A DNA stretch of 64,000 nucleotides from Paraspadella gotoi (taxonomy: Eukaryota > Animalia > Chaetognatha), in NCBI GenBank assembly GCA_051294375.1, contig CM119268.1:10578318-10642317 (forward strand). Reading direction: 5' to 3'. Positions 15,086-51,600 of the stretch are shown here, in pieces. The position numbers and the translations under genes are program-made. Numbering within the stretch: the first letter of the stretch is position 1; every line of letters starts with the position of its first letter. Under the pieces are notes generated by a model that had not been told where the DNA came from, did not search any database, and was given only the letters and a program-made list of their open reading frames with translations.

Positions 15086-15670
15086 TCTCTTCTCTCTCTC
15101 TTCTCTCTCTCTCTCTTTTCTCTTCGTATTCCCTCCTCTCCTCTCTTCTCTCCTCTTCTCTCTCTCTCTCTCCTATTTTATTCCAAGAGAATTTCATCTT
15201 TTTCCATTTCCAAGAAAATTTGTCCCCAACATTCTTAAGCTTATATTCCTTTCCTTGTTTTGACTTTCCTACAATAATTCTCTTTTTATTTCCTCCCGCA
15301 GCAGAAAAGAAGAAGACAAGTTGCTACTACGAAAAACAAGAATTACCGATTTAGAGAAAAACAACACAAATCAACAAATCAAAGCCAAAAATAAAAAAAG
15401 AAAAGAAAAGAAAAAGACACACGAAAATACAGAGAGAGAGACGTAACGTAGTCACGCAGAAAGTAATATAAATTATTTACCCACGCAACCAACTGATCTT
15501 TAAAATAAATACTAATCAAATCCAGAATTAAATTGACATTTTGTTTTCCGCCTGCGATCGTCATCGTCGCCACCGATATAAACGCGAAAGCGACATCGAT
15601 TTATTTTTTTTATATTTTTTATCGAATCAATTAATCCACTACCTGCTTCGCTTTCTATTTTCTCTCTCTC

Positions 15671-15704
<34 letters not shown>

Positions 15705-16242
15705 CCTTCGAATCGCGTGTTTCAATCGTCGGTGATTAAAACGCAACGAGGAAAAAAAAATTTAAAAAGAATAATCGATGAGACGTTGATCGTCTCTCCC
15801 CCGCCGAAAGTGGAGCTGAAAATGGAGCTATAAGAGGAGCTTTAACCCGCGTCAAAAGAGGAGCGAAAGCGCTGCAAAAAAATCCACGCCTAAAAATGAG
15901 ATAAAATACGGGGCCCCGAATAAAAAAGCTAAAAAAACAACGGACGAATAATCGGAAGACAAAGTAGGCGGCGCCGTCGGTGTCATTAGCGCCATCGAAA
16001 GTCGAATCGGGCGCCAAAGGTTCGCATTTAACGAAGTGGAAACAAAAAAACGGACGTCGGGTTTAACGAAGTACGAAAGAGAGAGAGAGAGAGAAAAAAA
16101 AAACTTTCGGTTTTAACGAAGACCGATGGATCCAGTGGGCGGAGTCGGCGTCGAAAAACGAAATCATCGACGTTAAAAAAATAGATAAAACGAGACCAAA
16201 AAAACAAACAAACAAAACCAAAACAAACAATTCCCGGTCGTC

Positions 16243-40599
<24,357 letters not shown>

Positions 40600-42185
40600 A
40601 AAGCGTCGCATCGACTTCGCGAGTATTTTTGTTTCGGCGCGGCGTCTTTTTTTTTTCTCGATGATTTACTCCCATTTTTTTTCTACCCGTTTTATTTTCG
40701 AGAGAAAACGGTATGGGGCACAACAAAGAGTGCAATAAACTTGACGCGTAAAGAGCTTCGAAACACAGATAAAATGAACTCATTATTTCCTCCAATTGTA
40801 TTGGCATCTTTAGATATTAAATTGTTATTGTGAGAGATACAACTTAGTATTTTTATGTCGGCATGATGTTTTGATGTTTGATAGCATGTCTGTATTGCGT
40901 TTCTTTTTGTCACAAACACTTTTTAAAAAAACCTTGTTCACCTACTTTGTTGAAAGAAGAAACCACCAGAAACTGGTCCTATTTCATTACTAGCATTCCG
41001 TTTTTGCAATGTTTTGATATGTTTTCTTTTGCATGCTTCCTCTATCTTGTCATCAGAGCAGTGTTCCTACGACAGCCTTTCCCGATTTGGGACAACCTAT
41101 TGAATATCATCCTTGTCTCTCTCATCATCTTGAAGAAGAGTTTGTTTTCTCATATTTCGATAAGTCAAAATGCATTTTTAAACATTTTTGGTTTAACAAG
41201 TTTGAAAGCGAATTTAGACTTTCAAAATCAAATAAAACAAATTATAGCTACTAAAGAACATTATATTTTCGGTCCTTCCATCGTATTTCGTTGTTGATAA
41301 TCATGTCATGCGTCATGTGTATTGTGATAACAAAATTATTTCCAATTCTTTTAGCTTAGCAATTCTTTTGTGATCATTCTTGATTGAAAATTAACAACCC
41401 TTTTGTATATTTAGTCAGAAAAACTTAAAGAAAGTAATTGACTTACGATTAGGATAGTATTTTTGGCTTTTATCATTAGTCAATATCATCATGTAATGCT
41501 AAAATAACAATACCGTTTTGTGTGAAAAAGTTATTGTTTAATTTTTTAAAAAAAATCTTTAAATTGAAATATTGATATAAATACTTGTTGCAGTAGTAAT
41601 GTACAGAATATATTGTTGAATTGAAATTTCAGTCATTTTACCAAACTTATTTTTATGCAATTTCTAATCAGGGGACCCGTAAATTAGTCAATGAATATTA
41701 AAGGAAAATTATTCAAAAGGCTCCTGACTTTGACAATTTTCGTAATTAACAATCTCAAGGACAAGGACAATAAAAGCGCATTATATCTAATTTATTTAGA
41801 TAGTGGTGGATATTTTTTGACTTGAATGGTATATTCTTTTAAAAAATAAAACATAATTTTAAAATGAAATTCATTGAGAGGGAAGACTCAGGTAGTAAAA
41901 AAACAAAATTGTGGTGTGAGAGTCTTTATTGAAAGTTTGCAGGGACCTACTATCTTGTAATATTGATGGAGGCCTTAAACCACCAAGGCCTGTCCAAAGT
42001 CAGGGGCAAGATAGCTTATTTATTAAATGTATGGATAATTTTTATATTTGTTGTACCAATTTCATATTCATAAAAACTGAACTTTTCAAATTCTAAATTT
42101 TACTACATATAACTTACAGATCACTTATTTATTGTATAAATGAATAATTTTATTTTGGTTCTACTAATTTATTTATTAATTTTGG

Positions 42186-42864
42186 GGCAATCCAGGAGTT
42201 GAATACACTCTGGAGGCTTATAAGAAAACAAAGAGAAAGAAGCTAAAAAAAGAAAATTTATTTCTTTATGGAAAAAAAAATTTAAGACCGTAAAAATGAT
42301 ATTAAAAACGTTAAATATTAGTATTTATAATATTTTTTTTCATTACCTTTAAATCAATAAATATTTATAAAGTAATTGAATTTTTATTTGTGATTACAAT
42401 GATCATTTAATAATTTGGACATGTTTTGGTTTTTGTTCTTTGAACTTTCATCAGCCAGTTTTTATAATTTTAAAAAATATTTAGATATTAATTTTGAAAG
42501 AAAGAGATAGAGGGAAGGGCAATTTTAACCTTGATATCCTTATATATATACTCAAGCTGAAAATTAATTTAAATTTAACGCTCACTTACCCCTAACCCTA
42601 ACTTTTAACTTATTTTTCTAGTTAACTTATTCTTAAATTATTCTGAACCATAATTTATTATAACCTTAATTTTTAGCGAAATATATAATAAAAATAACAA
42701 ATATTAAAAAATTATGAGATCTGAATTCCTTTAATTTTTTTTTTTTTTTAGAAATTATCCTCTTCCGTTACGTTTCTTCCGTTCTTCTTTTTCCATTAAT
42801 TCTTAAAAAACCTTTTTCTTCGTTTTCTATATGCCTCCAGAGCGTATTGATCTCCAGGAATGCC
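42186..42864. mobile_element. MITE with GG termini, about 50-bp imperfect TIRs, 8-bp TSD (Merlin- or MULE-like signature)
   Basis: GGCAATCCAGGAGTTGAATACACTCTGGAGGC vs reverse complement of GCCTCCAGAGCGTATTGATCTCCAGGAATGCC; AATTTTGG at 42178-42185 and 42865-42872; internal CCCTAACCCTAA. Confidence 0.85.
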
Positions 42865-43377
42865 AATTTTGGTTTAGGAGATGATCTTGATGAATTGATA
42901 AAGTTTCGTATGCTATTGGCGTTTTATAGAGGTCGCTTTAAAATCTTTTGAGTTTTTATAAACAAAACGACATTAGAGTTAGAGCAGACATTTAAATCCC
43001 AACTCTTCCCCAACTTGCTTACGTGTCCGTGGAAACTATATTTTTTGAACGCTTCTGATAAAATATCGCATGGCCTTATTATATTATATGATATTGATAG
43101 GACTGTTGCGGATGGGCGGATTAGGAGAGGCCTGTTTAGTTTTTCTTACCCTTTTTTATCCGACCAAAAAAAAAAGAATATGTGATGAATCATTTTCATG
43201 CCATGATAATGTTGTTGGAAATAACTGATTGGTTAGTTTAAAAGAGATAAATTTCGTTTGTATTTGTGACATATGTTTAAAACCTTTGATTTCATGTCTT
43301 TCAGTTAAACTTTGTTTAATCGAAAATTTAATTAATTAACACTAAACCAGAATTCCTACAGAACGTCACAGAAACTG

Positions 43378-45212
43378 ATGGCAACAACAAACAATTTTTC
43401 GTCCAAAATGTCTTCCGATGGGCCCTCGAAGACAGAAGTGATGGCTGTGTTTGCGAGGCTCCGTTCTATGCCCGCCAACAAGGTCTGCTTTGACTGCCGC
43501 GCAAAAAATCCCTCGTGGGCGTCCTGCACTTACGGGGTCTTCTTGTGCATCGACTGCTCGGCCGTCCACAGATCTTTAGGAGTTCACTTGACCTTCGTTA
43601 AATCCACACAGCTGGACGGAAATTGGTCGTGGCTGCAACTCAGAGGAATGCAGGTTCGAAATATTAACTTTTTCGACTCTGATTTCAGAAGTCTTAAGAA
43701 TTATTGTTTGTACTTACAACATAGGTCGGCGGAAATGCCAACGCGACCTCTTTCTTTTCCTCCCACGGAGTGTCGACGAATGACGCTCAAGCGAAGTACA
43801 ACAGTCGCGCGGCGGCTCTCTACCGCGACAAGCTACACGGTTTGGCGACAGTGGCGGTGCGGAAGCACGGCACGCAGCTGCATCTTGACTCGGGTCGGAA
43901 GCGGAGCGAGTGCGAGGAGAAGGAAGTCGACTTTTTCGACGTGCACTCCAAAGAAGATGATGTCGATGCGTTTGCCGTTCCCGCTGCCACACTTTCATCG
44001 GATGCTACGGTTAAAGATGCATCGGAAATGCCAGCCCCTTCCGTGGTAGCCGTTGCCGACTCTTCGGACGCAGACCCGAGCACAGCCTCATCGGCTTCCG
44101 CTAAAAAATCTGTGATTGGGCAGCGGAAACCAGCTTCAGGGAAAAAGGGTCTAGGGACAAAAAAATTGGGTGCCCAACGCGTCGACACCAACTTCGCCGA
44201 CATTGAATCTGCTGCAAAGATGGCGGATAGGGCGGCAGAGGCCGCGGTCTCCTCCGCCGCTGCAGCCGAGAAAGAAAATGCCGCGCGCGCGTTGGAAGCG
44301 CGAACGGCGGCTGAACGAGAACTGGCCGCCGCCAAATTGTCATATCAAGACAATGTGAAGACGGAAGCAGCGCTGAAAAAGCTCGACAAGGGAAAGGCGT
44401 CTCAGGTTTTTATACATCCCCCCCATTTTGTTTTTAGTTTGCGTCGATTGTGTAATATGTTTCTGTTTTCTTTGTCTCCCGCCCCGTAGGCGACCCGCCT
44501 GGGAATGGGTCTGTCCGCTTCCGTCGGACCATCAACCTCGGCGCCCACCAAGCAAGGCGTGGCTCACTCGGTCAACGGCGACATGGTCGTCATCGAGCAG
44601 CGTAACCTCCCTTCCGATTCCAAGCGCTCAGCCTTCTCTTCAAAGTCTTGCTTCGAGGACGATTTCGAGTTCGTGGGTCGCGGCCCCAAGCACTTCGACC
44701 ACTCCCCTTTCGATAACGGCTTCAAGGATCACTCCTCCACCAAGGAACTCGGCTTCAATGCACGGGAATTCAATTTCAACGACGACGCAAAATCCCCGTT
44801 CCGTTCCTCAAAAGATTTCCTCGACGAAATGCTGGAAAAAGAGAACCGGGATCGCCGCAAAGCCTCCACCTCCGCGACGACATCGTCCTCCGCCGCCTCC
44901 AGCGACGCACAATCCCGTTTCAAGGACGCCAAAAGCATCTCCTCGGACGCTTATTTTGATCGTCAATCCCCGGGTAACGGGGGCAGCGAATCCTCCCAGG
45001 CCTCGGAAAAGTTTGCCAACTCCTCTGCCATCTCTTCGGACATGTACTTCGGGAAGGACGACGGGCGCCGGCGACAGCGTGACGGGGAATGGGGGGTACA
45101 GGCAGAGTTGGTCGGCGATGCCCTCCGGGAGAGCGTTTCAAAGGTCGCCGGAAGGCTCTCCGCTGTCACAACGGGGCTTGTCTCGTCGATTCAAGACAAA
45201 TACGGATCTTAA
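43378..45212 (+). CDS. ARFGAP2/3: ADP-ribosylation factor GTPase-activating protein 2/3 (Glo3 family)
   Basis: Exons 43378-43653, 43725-44405, 44490-45212. ArfGAP zinc finger [62 protein letters not shown] and the two Glo3 motifs [10 protein letters not shown] and [10 protein letters not shown]. Start could also be ATG 43408. Confidence 0.96.
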
Positions 45213-45671
45213 TATGAATAGTGTCACAATCAGACGCTGAGGATCTAATATGATAAACTACCACTTTGACGAGAAACTACTAATTGTAAAATAAATATCG
45301 AAGTCTAGTCATGGAGTTAGGCATGATTAATAATTATAGGCGAGTCCGGAGGATGATAAAATGTAAGTGCGCGTTCATTCGTAATAACACTATCGATTGA
45401 AAATTTTGATTTTTTTTTAATTTCTTAATTTCATTGAAAACTTTGTTTGAACGTTCACAAAAAACCTTTTTGTAAGTAATCAGATTAATCGGCGCTTTCT
45501 TCATTTTAATCTCACGTCGTTCATGGACTAAACTGTATATTGTAAATGTTATTACTTAGCCCTCTTAACTGTCGCTGAAATGTGGGTAATATTTTTCTCT
45601 AAATTTATTTAGAATGAATCATCAAAACTATATTTCTCCGATGGCGGTTTGATTCGCGATCAAGTGCAACA

Positions 45672-48126
45672 ATGCCGATGAAATGTCATTACGAGGTCCT
45701 CGGCGTCGGCAGAGACGCCGACGATGACGACATCAAAAAATCTTACCGGAAACTCGCTCTCAAGTTTCACCCTGGTGAGTCTTGGTATTTTAAGTCTAAC
45801 ATCTCTTGCTTTTCTTTCTTATTTACGTTATTATCAACGTACTGTAAAGCCTGTTTTGTAACTTAATAATTTTATTTAAATTTATATTTAATTATGTATT
45901 TGTCGGGATACCCACACAGACAAAAATCCAGACTGCGTTGAGGAAGTTAAGGCTGCATTCTTGGAAGTGCAGCAGGCGTACGAAGTGTTGAGTGACCCCC
46001 AAGAACGCGCCTGGTACGACAAACATCGTGAAGCTATCTTGCGTGGAGGATGTGGACGCAATGACTACCAAGACGACGCTATCGACGTCTTTCAATTCTT
46101 CAACTCATCATGTTTCAAAGGTTAGGACTAAAACAAATGCCTTTTCCTTCGGTTTTACGTACGTACATGGTATAAAATGCTATTTGCCAGGTTTTGGGGA
46201 CGACGAGAACGGTTTCTATTTCGTCTACCGACGCATGTTCGCTCAGATCAATGACGAAGACCTTCCCTTTCGCGAAGACGACGCCGATGAAAACGGGGAC
46301 GTCCGGAACTATTACACTTTCGGCGACAGCCAGTCTGATTGGGACGAGGTGTGAGAACTAAGCTTGAGGGGTATTGAAGGCGTGAGGAAATAGAGGGAAA
46401 ATATTAGTATATCGCTAGACAAAATATACCGAGGAGGAAAGAAGAAGCTTCTAGTGACTATATATGAAATTAATTTCCCTAGGTGGTGGCGCCTTTTTAC
46501 GCTTTCTGGGAGTCGTACTGCACTGCTAAGAGTTTCGTGTGGGTTGAAAAGTGGGACACGCGCGAGGCGCCCAACCGACGTGTTCGTCGCGCTATGGAGG
46601 AGGAAAACAAAAAGTTACGAGACGCTAGTCGTAGGGCGAGAAACGAGGAGATTCGCAACATCGTCAGATTTGTGAAAAAGCGCGACAGGAGAGTGCAGGT
46701 AAAATGAAATGGACCGATTAAATTAATTTTTTCCGTTAAAGAAAAAATATTAATAATCTTTACTTTCTATTGTTTCTCTTCTAAGGCTCACAAAAAAATA
46801 GTCGAAGAACGAAACGAAGCGGCGGCTCGTAAATCTGCCCAGCACGCGGAGCGCATCCGCTTGGAGCGGCTGGAGGCGATGGAGTCGTACTCTGAACCGG
46901 ACTGGATGAAAACGGCTGGTGTCGAGGAAGCCTTACGGCAAATAGAAGCTGACCTTGACGGTAGAATAGCGGAAACGGCCGCTTTGGGTGAGTTTAGAAA
47001 AACGATCGTTTGTTCTCATAGATTTTATTATAATTTCATTTGTTACTTTCTTCCTTTCCCGCACTGCTCCGCGCAAAGACGAGGACGACGCCCTGTACTG
47101 CGTTGCATGCGACAAACTTTTCCGCACTGATAAGGCCTTCGCCAACCACGAAAAATCGAAAAAACACCGCGAAAACGTGGAGATTTTGAAAGAGGTTATG
47201 ATGAGGGACGAAGAGGAGGCGCAGGCGAAGCAAACTTGTGAAAACCACAAAGCTGAAGCGTCGAACTTTGCAAAAAACGGTGAATTAGAGGAAGAAACGA
47301 TAATGGAAAGTAATCTAGACGGAGATTCCGAACTCGACGTTGAAGAGAAAACTACCAGCAATGCTACAGTACATAAAGTTAAGACATCATTTGACGATAC
47401 ACCGCCACCGTCAACGGATTCGACCAGCAACGGTTTAAACGAGAACTCTGCAATAGATGACGCTGACGACGACGCGGATGACATGTTGCGGAGACTAGTG
47501 CGTCAACAGCAAGAACAATCTCGTTCCGGCAAGAAAGGAAAGAAAAAAAGTCGGCGGAAAAAGGAGGAGGCCGAACAGGACGATATTTCCGTGGAACTTG
47601 AAGGCGGAGATAAAGAATCGGAGAACGAAAAAGTAAATGAAAATAGGAAACTGAACGAGCGACGGGAGAACGAGGATCCGGAGTACTTCATTTTAGGAGC
47701 CGAAGAACCTCAACGAGAGAAAGAAATCAAGCATACGGGGGAGGTAAGTCGATTTCAGTCATCTCTTTGAAATCATTAGTTTTTTGCTTAGTATTACTGA
47801 AATTACTAAATCTTTGATGGCCGATTTTTAATGATGTAGAGTTTTTTATCCCAATTTGTTTATAATTATAGCGAATTAAGACCGGATACTTGCTATTCAT
47901 TGCATGAAAAAGTGACGATTTTGTGCCTTAATATGTACTACTTCAAATGAATTTTATTTTTAACCTTTATCAGAATTCCGCGGAAGCCAAATCAGGATCC
48001 TGCTTGATTTGTGGCGCGATCTTTCCTTCAAGGACGAAACTGTTCGAACACATTAAAAAAGAAGGCCATGCGCAGTTAAAAACTGAGGCTCCTCCCAAGC
48101 CTGGAAAGAAAAAAGGGAAACGATGA
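45672..48126 (+). CDS. DNAJC21: DnaJ homolog subfamily C member 21 (Jjj1-like ribosome-biogenesis J protein)
   Basis: Exons 45672-45774, 45920-46120, 46191-46348, 46483-46697, 46786-46988, 47079-47743, 47974-48126. [13 protein letters not shown] across intron 1, [40 protein letters not shown], two C2H2 fingers ([18 protein letters not shown]; [23 protein letters not shown]). Confidence 0.96.
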
Positions 48127-48644
48127 ATGGAAAACGGAAAATGGAAGAAACCCATGACATTCATTTGCCGTTCTAAGCAAACGGGTCTGAGGGGACAGAA
48201 ATCCGGGTATCCAAAAGAGACGTGCAAATTGGACTTGTTGCCAGTTAAATTCGATGCTCTGAAGAAGAAGGTTTTTCTTCTTGACGTCTTTTGCAGTTTA
48301 TCTGTTCCCCTTTCTATTACAAATCAATTAATACGGCTTTGTTATTTAATTCATCGTAATTGAAACGATCGTGATTAGGCTCACCTACGATTTGACGTAA
48401 CCGAAGCAGAAACAGATCTTTAGATTTACAGTTGAAGTGATTGTTGTTAACGATTTAGACCACTCGCTCGGCTCGTTTTTTGTATTTGTTTAAAAGCCAC
48501 ATGAAACTAGCTCGTAAAATAAGGATGAAAATTAATTAGTTTTTAGATATCTGTCATAACTTTATACTTAGGCATTAAAGCATATGTAGTAGTTCTGGAT
48601 TTTCGACTTTAAACAATCAGGCAGATTTGTAGCTAGTTTCAGTG

Positions 48645-51600
48645 ATGTCAAAGTCCGCTTTTGTCGACTTCGCCACCGCACCGATCTTCCCCCATCCAAC
48701 GCCCTCTTGTCCTGTAAAACCTGCGTTGGCCACAGCGGCGTTATTTCATGTCTACGAACGAATCGAACGTTCAAAACATACCGACGCAGTAGATCACGTT
48801 GCGACAGATGAAGGCCTCGTCGTCTCACTGCTTCAGAACTCTCTCGGTCTTGTAAATGGTAGGCATTGTATTTCGTTTTAATTTCACATCAAATTTTATT
48901 TTTGAAAACAACTTTAGTTTTTACAGCTTAAGCAAGAATACTTGTTATGCGTGTATTACTTAATTTCAAACTTGTGCAATCAATTGTCAGGAGAAGAGAA
49001 CGATGGTTCTTTGGCAAGTGTACCGGTATCTATCCCTCATAACGGCGCCAGTTCTTCATACAAGGCCGTACTTCTTCATCGGCGCTACTTGGTTGAGTTA
49101 CAAGCAAAGTCTGTACTGTCTCGGGAAGGTCTCACTTGTTGGGTGATAGTTGCCTCGGACACCGCCAAGCATTCCAGGTTTCATTTTTAATGCGGTATTC
49201 TCCCAGCTTTATTTATTGTCTAACTGGTAATTAGTTATTAACATTTTGCTACTATTGAAATTTATTTTTAATTTTGCTGATTGGGAACTTGAAAATTTAA
49301 AACAATTGAAAGCACAAAAAACGGCTTGTTTTAGAATGAGTAGTAATATCGTGAGGTCTATTTAAAAAAAATAATTTATAACAATACATTTGAATGAATT
49401 TAATTTTTTTCTATTACTGTCATATTAGTTTATTTGAATTAATTTTAGCTGTTAGCTTTTTCATCTACGCAGTAGCTTACTGCACCATGTATATTTAAAA
49501 ACATGTTTTTTTCCTGAACACATTTTTGGGGAGATTGCCTAAATGTTTTAATAATTTGGCTATTACAATTAGTAAAAACGACAGGATTTTTTGTGTAAGA
49601 TTTTACTAAACCTTCTATAGCTTTCATTCCAGAGAAGTCACAAAAAGCTACCGAACTAAAATCAAGTATAACCCAGCTCGTGTTTTTGTAAAGCAACGTT
49701 TCTCCGTCACATATAGGAGGATTTTTAGTTATTTCTTGATTAATCTTATCGATTACGCTTTCAAAATTGCCATAAAATAAAAATGAATTGGGTCTGATTA
49801 TTTTTACCCCGGGTACTTCTTCAACTCCCTCATATTTATCGATATCTTCGAAAGAGTTAGTTTCTGGCGAATAACCTAGGATTTCTATCTTGGGCCGTTG
49901 ATTCCGTAGCACTATGCTTAGTATAGAAAAGATAATTCCGCACGCTAATCCATATTGAATGTCTAATAATAAGGTAGTCAAAAACGTTATAGTCCATATT
50001 GCGAAATCAAACCCCGAACATTTCCATAGCATTGGTAAATCTTTAATCTATAGGAAGGAAAAAAATGAGAATAATAAAATAAAAAATTATATATGACTTT
50101 ATTTAATACCTGAGCAAACATGCTTCTGAGTGGGGTAATGATGATTGCTCCCAAAACGCATTTTGGCAAATGCTCAAAAAGAGGACCAACTGCTACAAGG
50201 ACAATAAGTAATACAATGCTTGAAATTAATCCAGATAATTGAGAAGCTGCTCCTAGAGAATCCATTAGTAGTGTCCTCGAAAATGCCGCAGATGAGGGCT
50301 GAAAAAAAAACACCGTTTTTTAAAGTGTTAATATTTTATCGTTGGCAAATTGAACGGTTTACCTCACATGCGAAGAATGCCGTTACAAAATTTAGTATTC
50401 CATAGGCTGTTAATTCTTTGTTGGAATCAACTTTATATTGGTTTCTGTTTTTCGGAAAAGTAATTTACTTATTACTCATTGTTGTTTAGAAACACCGAAA
50501 GCTTGTAATGGTAGTTAAGTTCACCTTTCTGCCATAATTTTTGCCATTGATATCGCGATTGCGAATGCTATGAGAGCTAGCGTGAAGCAATCTAATACCA
50601 TTGATGGCCAATATTCAATCGGAGGTAATGAAGGCACTGGTAGACCAGCTGGTATTGTTCCTACAGTATCAATATTGAGGTCAATAGCCCATGATATCAC
50701 GGTTGATAATATGACAATAATTATGTCGATAGGTATTGGGAGTGGGATATTTTTCCAGAATCGTTTTTGCAGATAAGGACTGAGATAAGCCTTTACACTA
50801 TAAAGTATCACAATCGCTGTTAAACCAAATAAGCTACTCCGCCAATTGATAGACGTTTTAAAGTTCCATAAATCTAGAAGTAATAAAAAACTCGTAAAAT
50901 TCTTTAATAATTATTCTGTAATCTGTTTAATAATAAACGGTTAAAATATTGAGGAATCCAACCTTTATGAATTATGATTAAATTTAAAATTCCACTTCGT
51001 CGCGGCGTCCTTATTCCTGTGATATTTTTAAGCTGGGCAATCAAAACATAATACGCACAGGCCGTTGTAAAGCCTTTAGTTAATGGCTCGGACATGTAGT
51101 TAGCCAATATTCCAAATCGGAATACCCCCATAAAAAATTGAATCGATCCCACAAACAATGTTACCGAAGTAACTATTTTAACTTTTAGGTCTGTATACGT
51201 TGGATCTTCTTCATAATTAAAAAACTTGCTGTTATTAAGGCTTATAGAGCTATTTAGCTGTGATAAATAAATCGACGATGCGATTCGTTCTGTTATAGAT
51301 CCGGTCATAAGTGCCACAATTGCCATAGTTCCTAGTGATATATGCCGTGATGTTCCTATGAGAGGGATGCATTATGCAACAATTGTTACAGTTAGCATAC
51401 TGAACATTTTTGTTACCGAAAAAGCAGTATATTATCGGAGCCAGGAAAGATGTGTATAATCCATTTATCGGAGGTATTGACGCAAGCAAACCATAAGCCA
51501 TTCCCTGAAATTTAATATTGATTTCAAGTATTTATTGTGCGTTGTGTTGAAAAGCATCATTTACCTGAGGAATATGAAGAACAGAAATTGTCAAGCCAGC

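Noticed and set aside
48642-49190. Two small independent ORFs between DNAJC21 and SLC26
   Set aside because: Better explained as exons 1-2 of the kinase gene: phases match exon 53177 and they supply the missing subdomain I.
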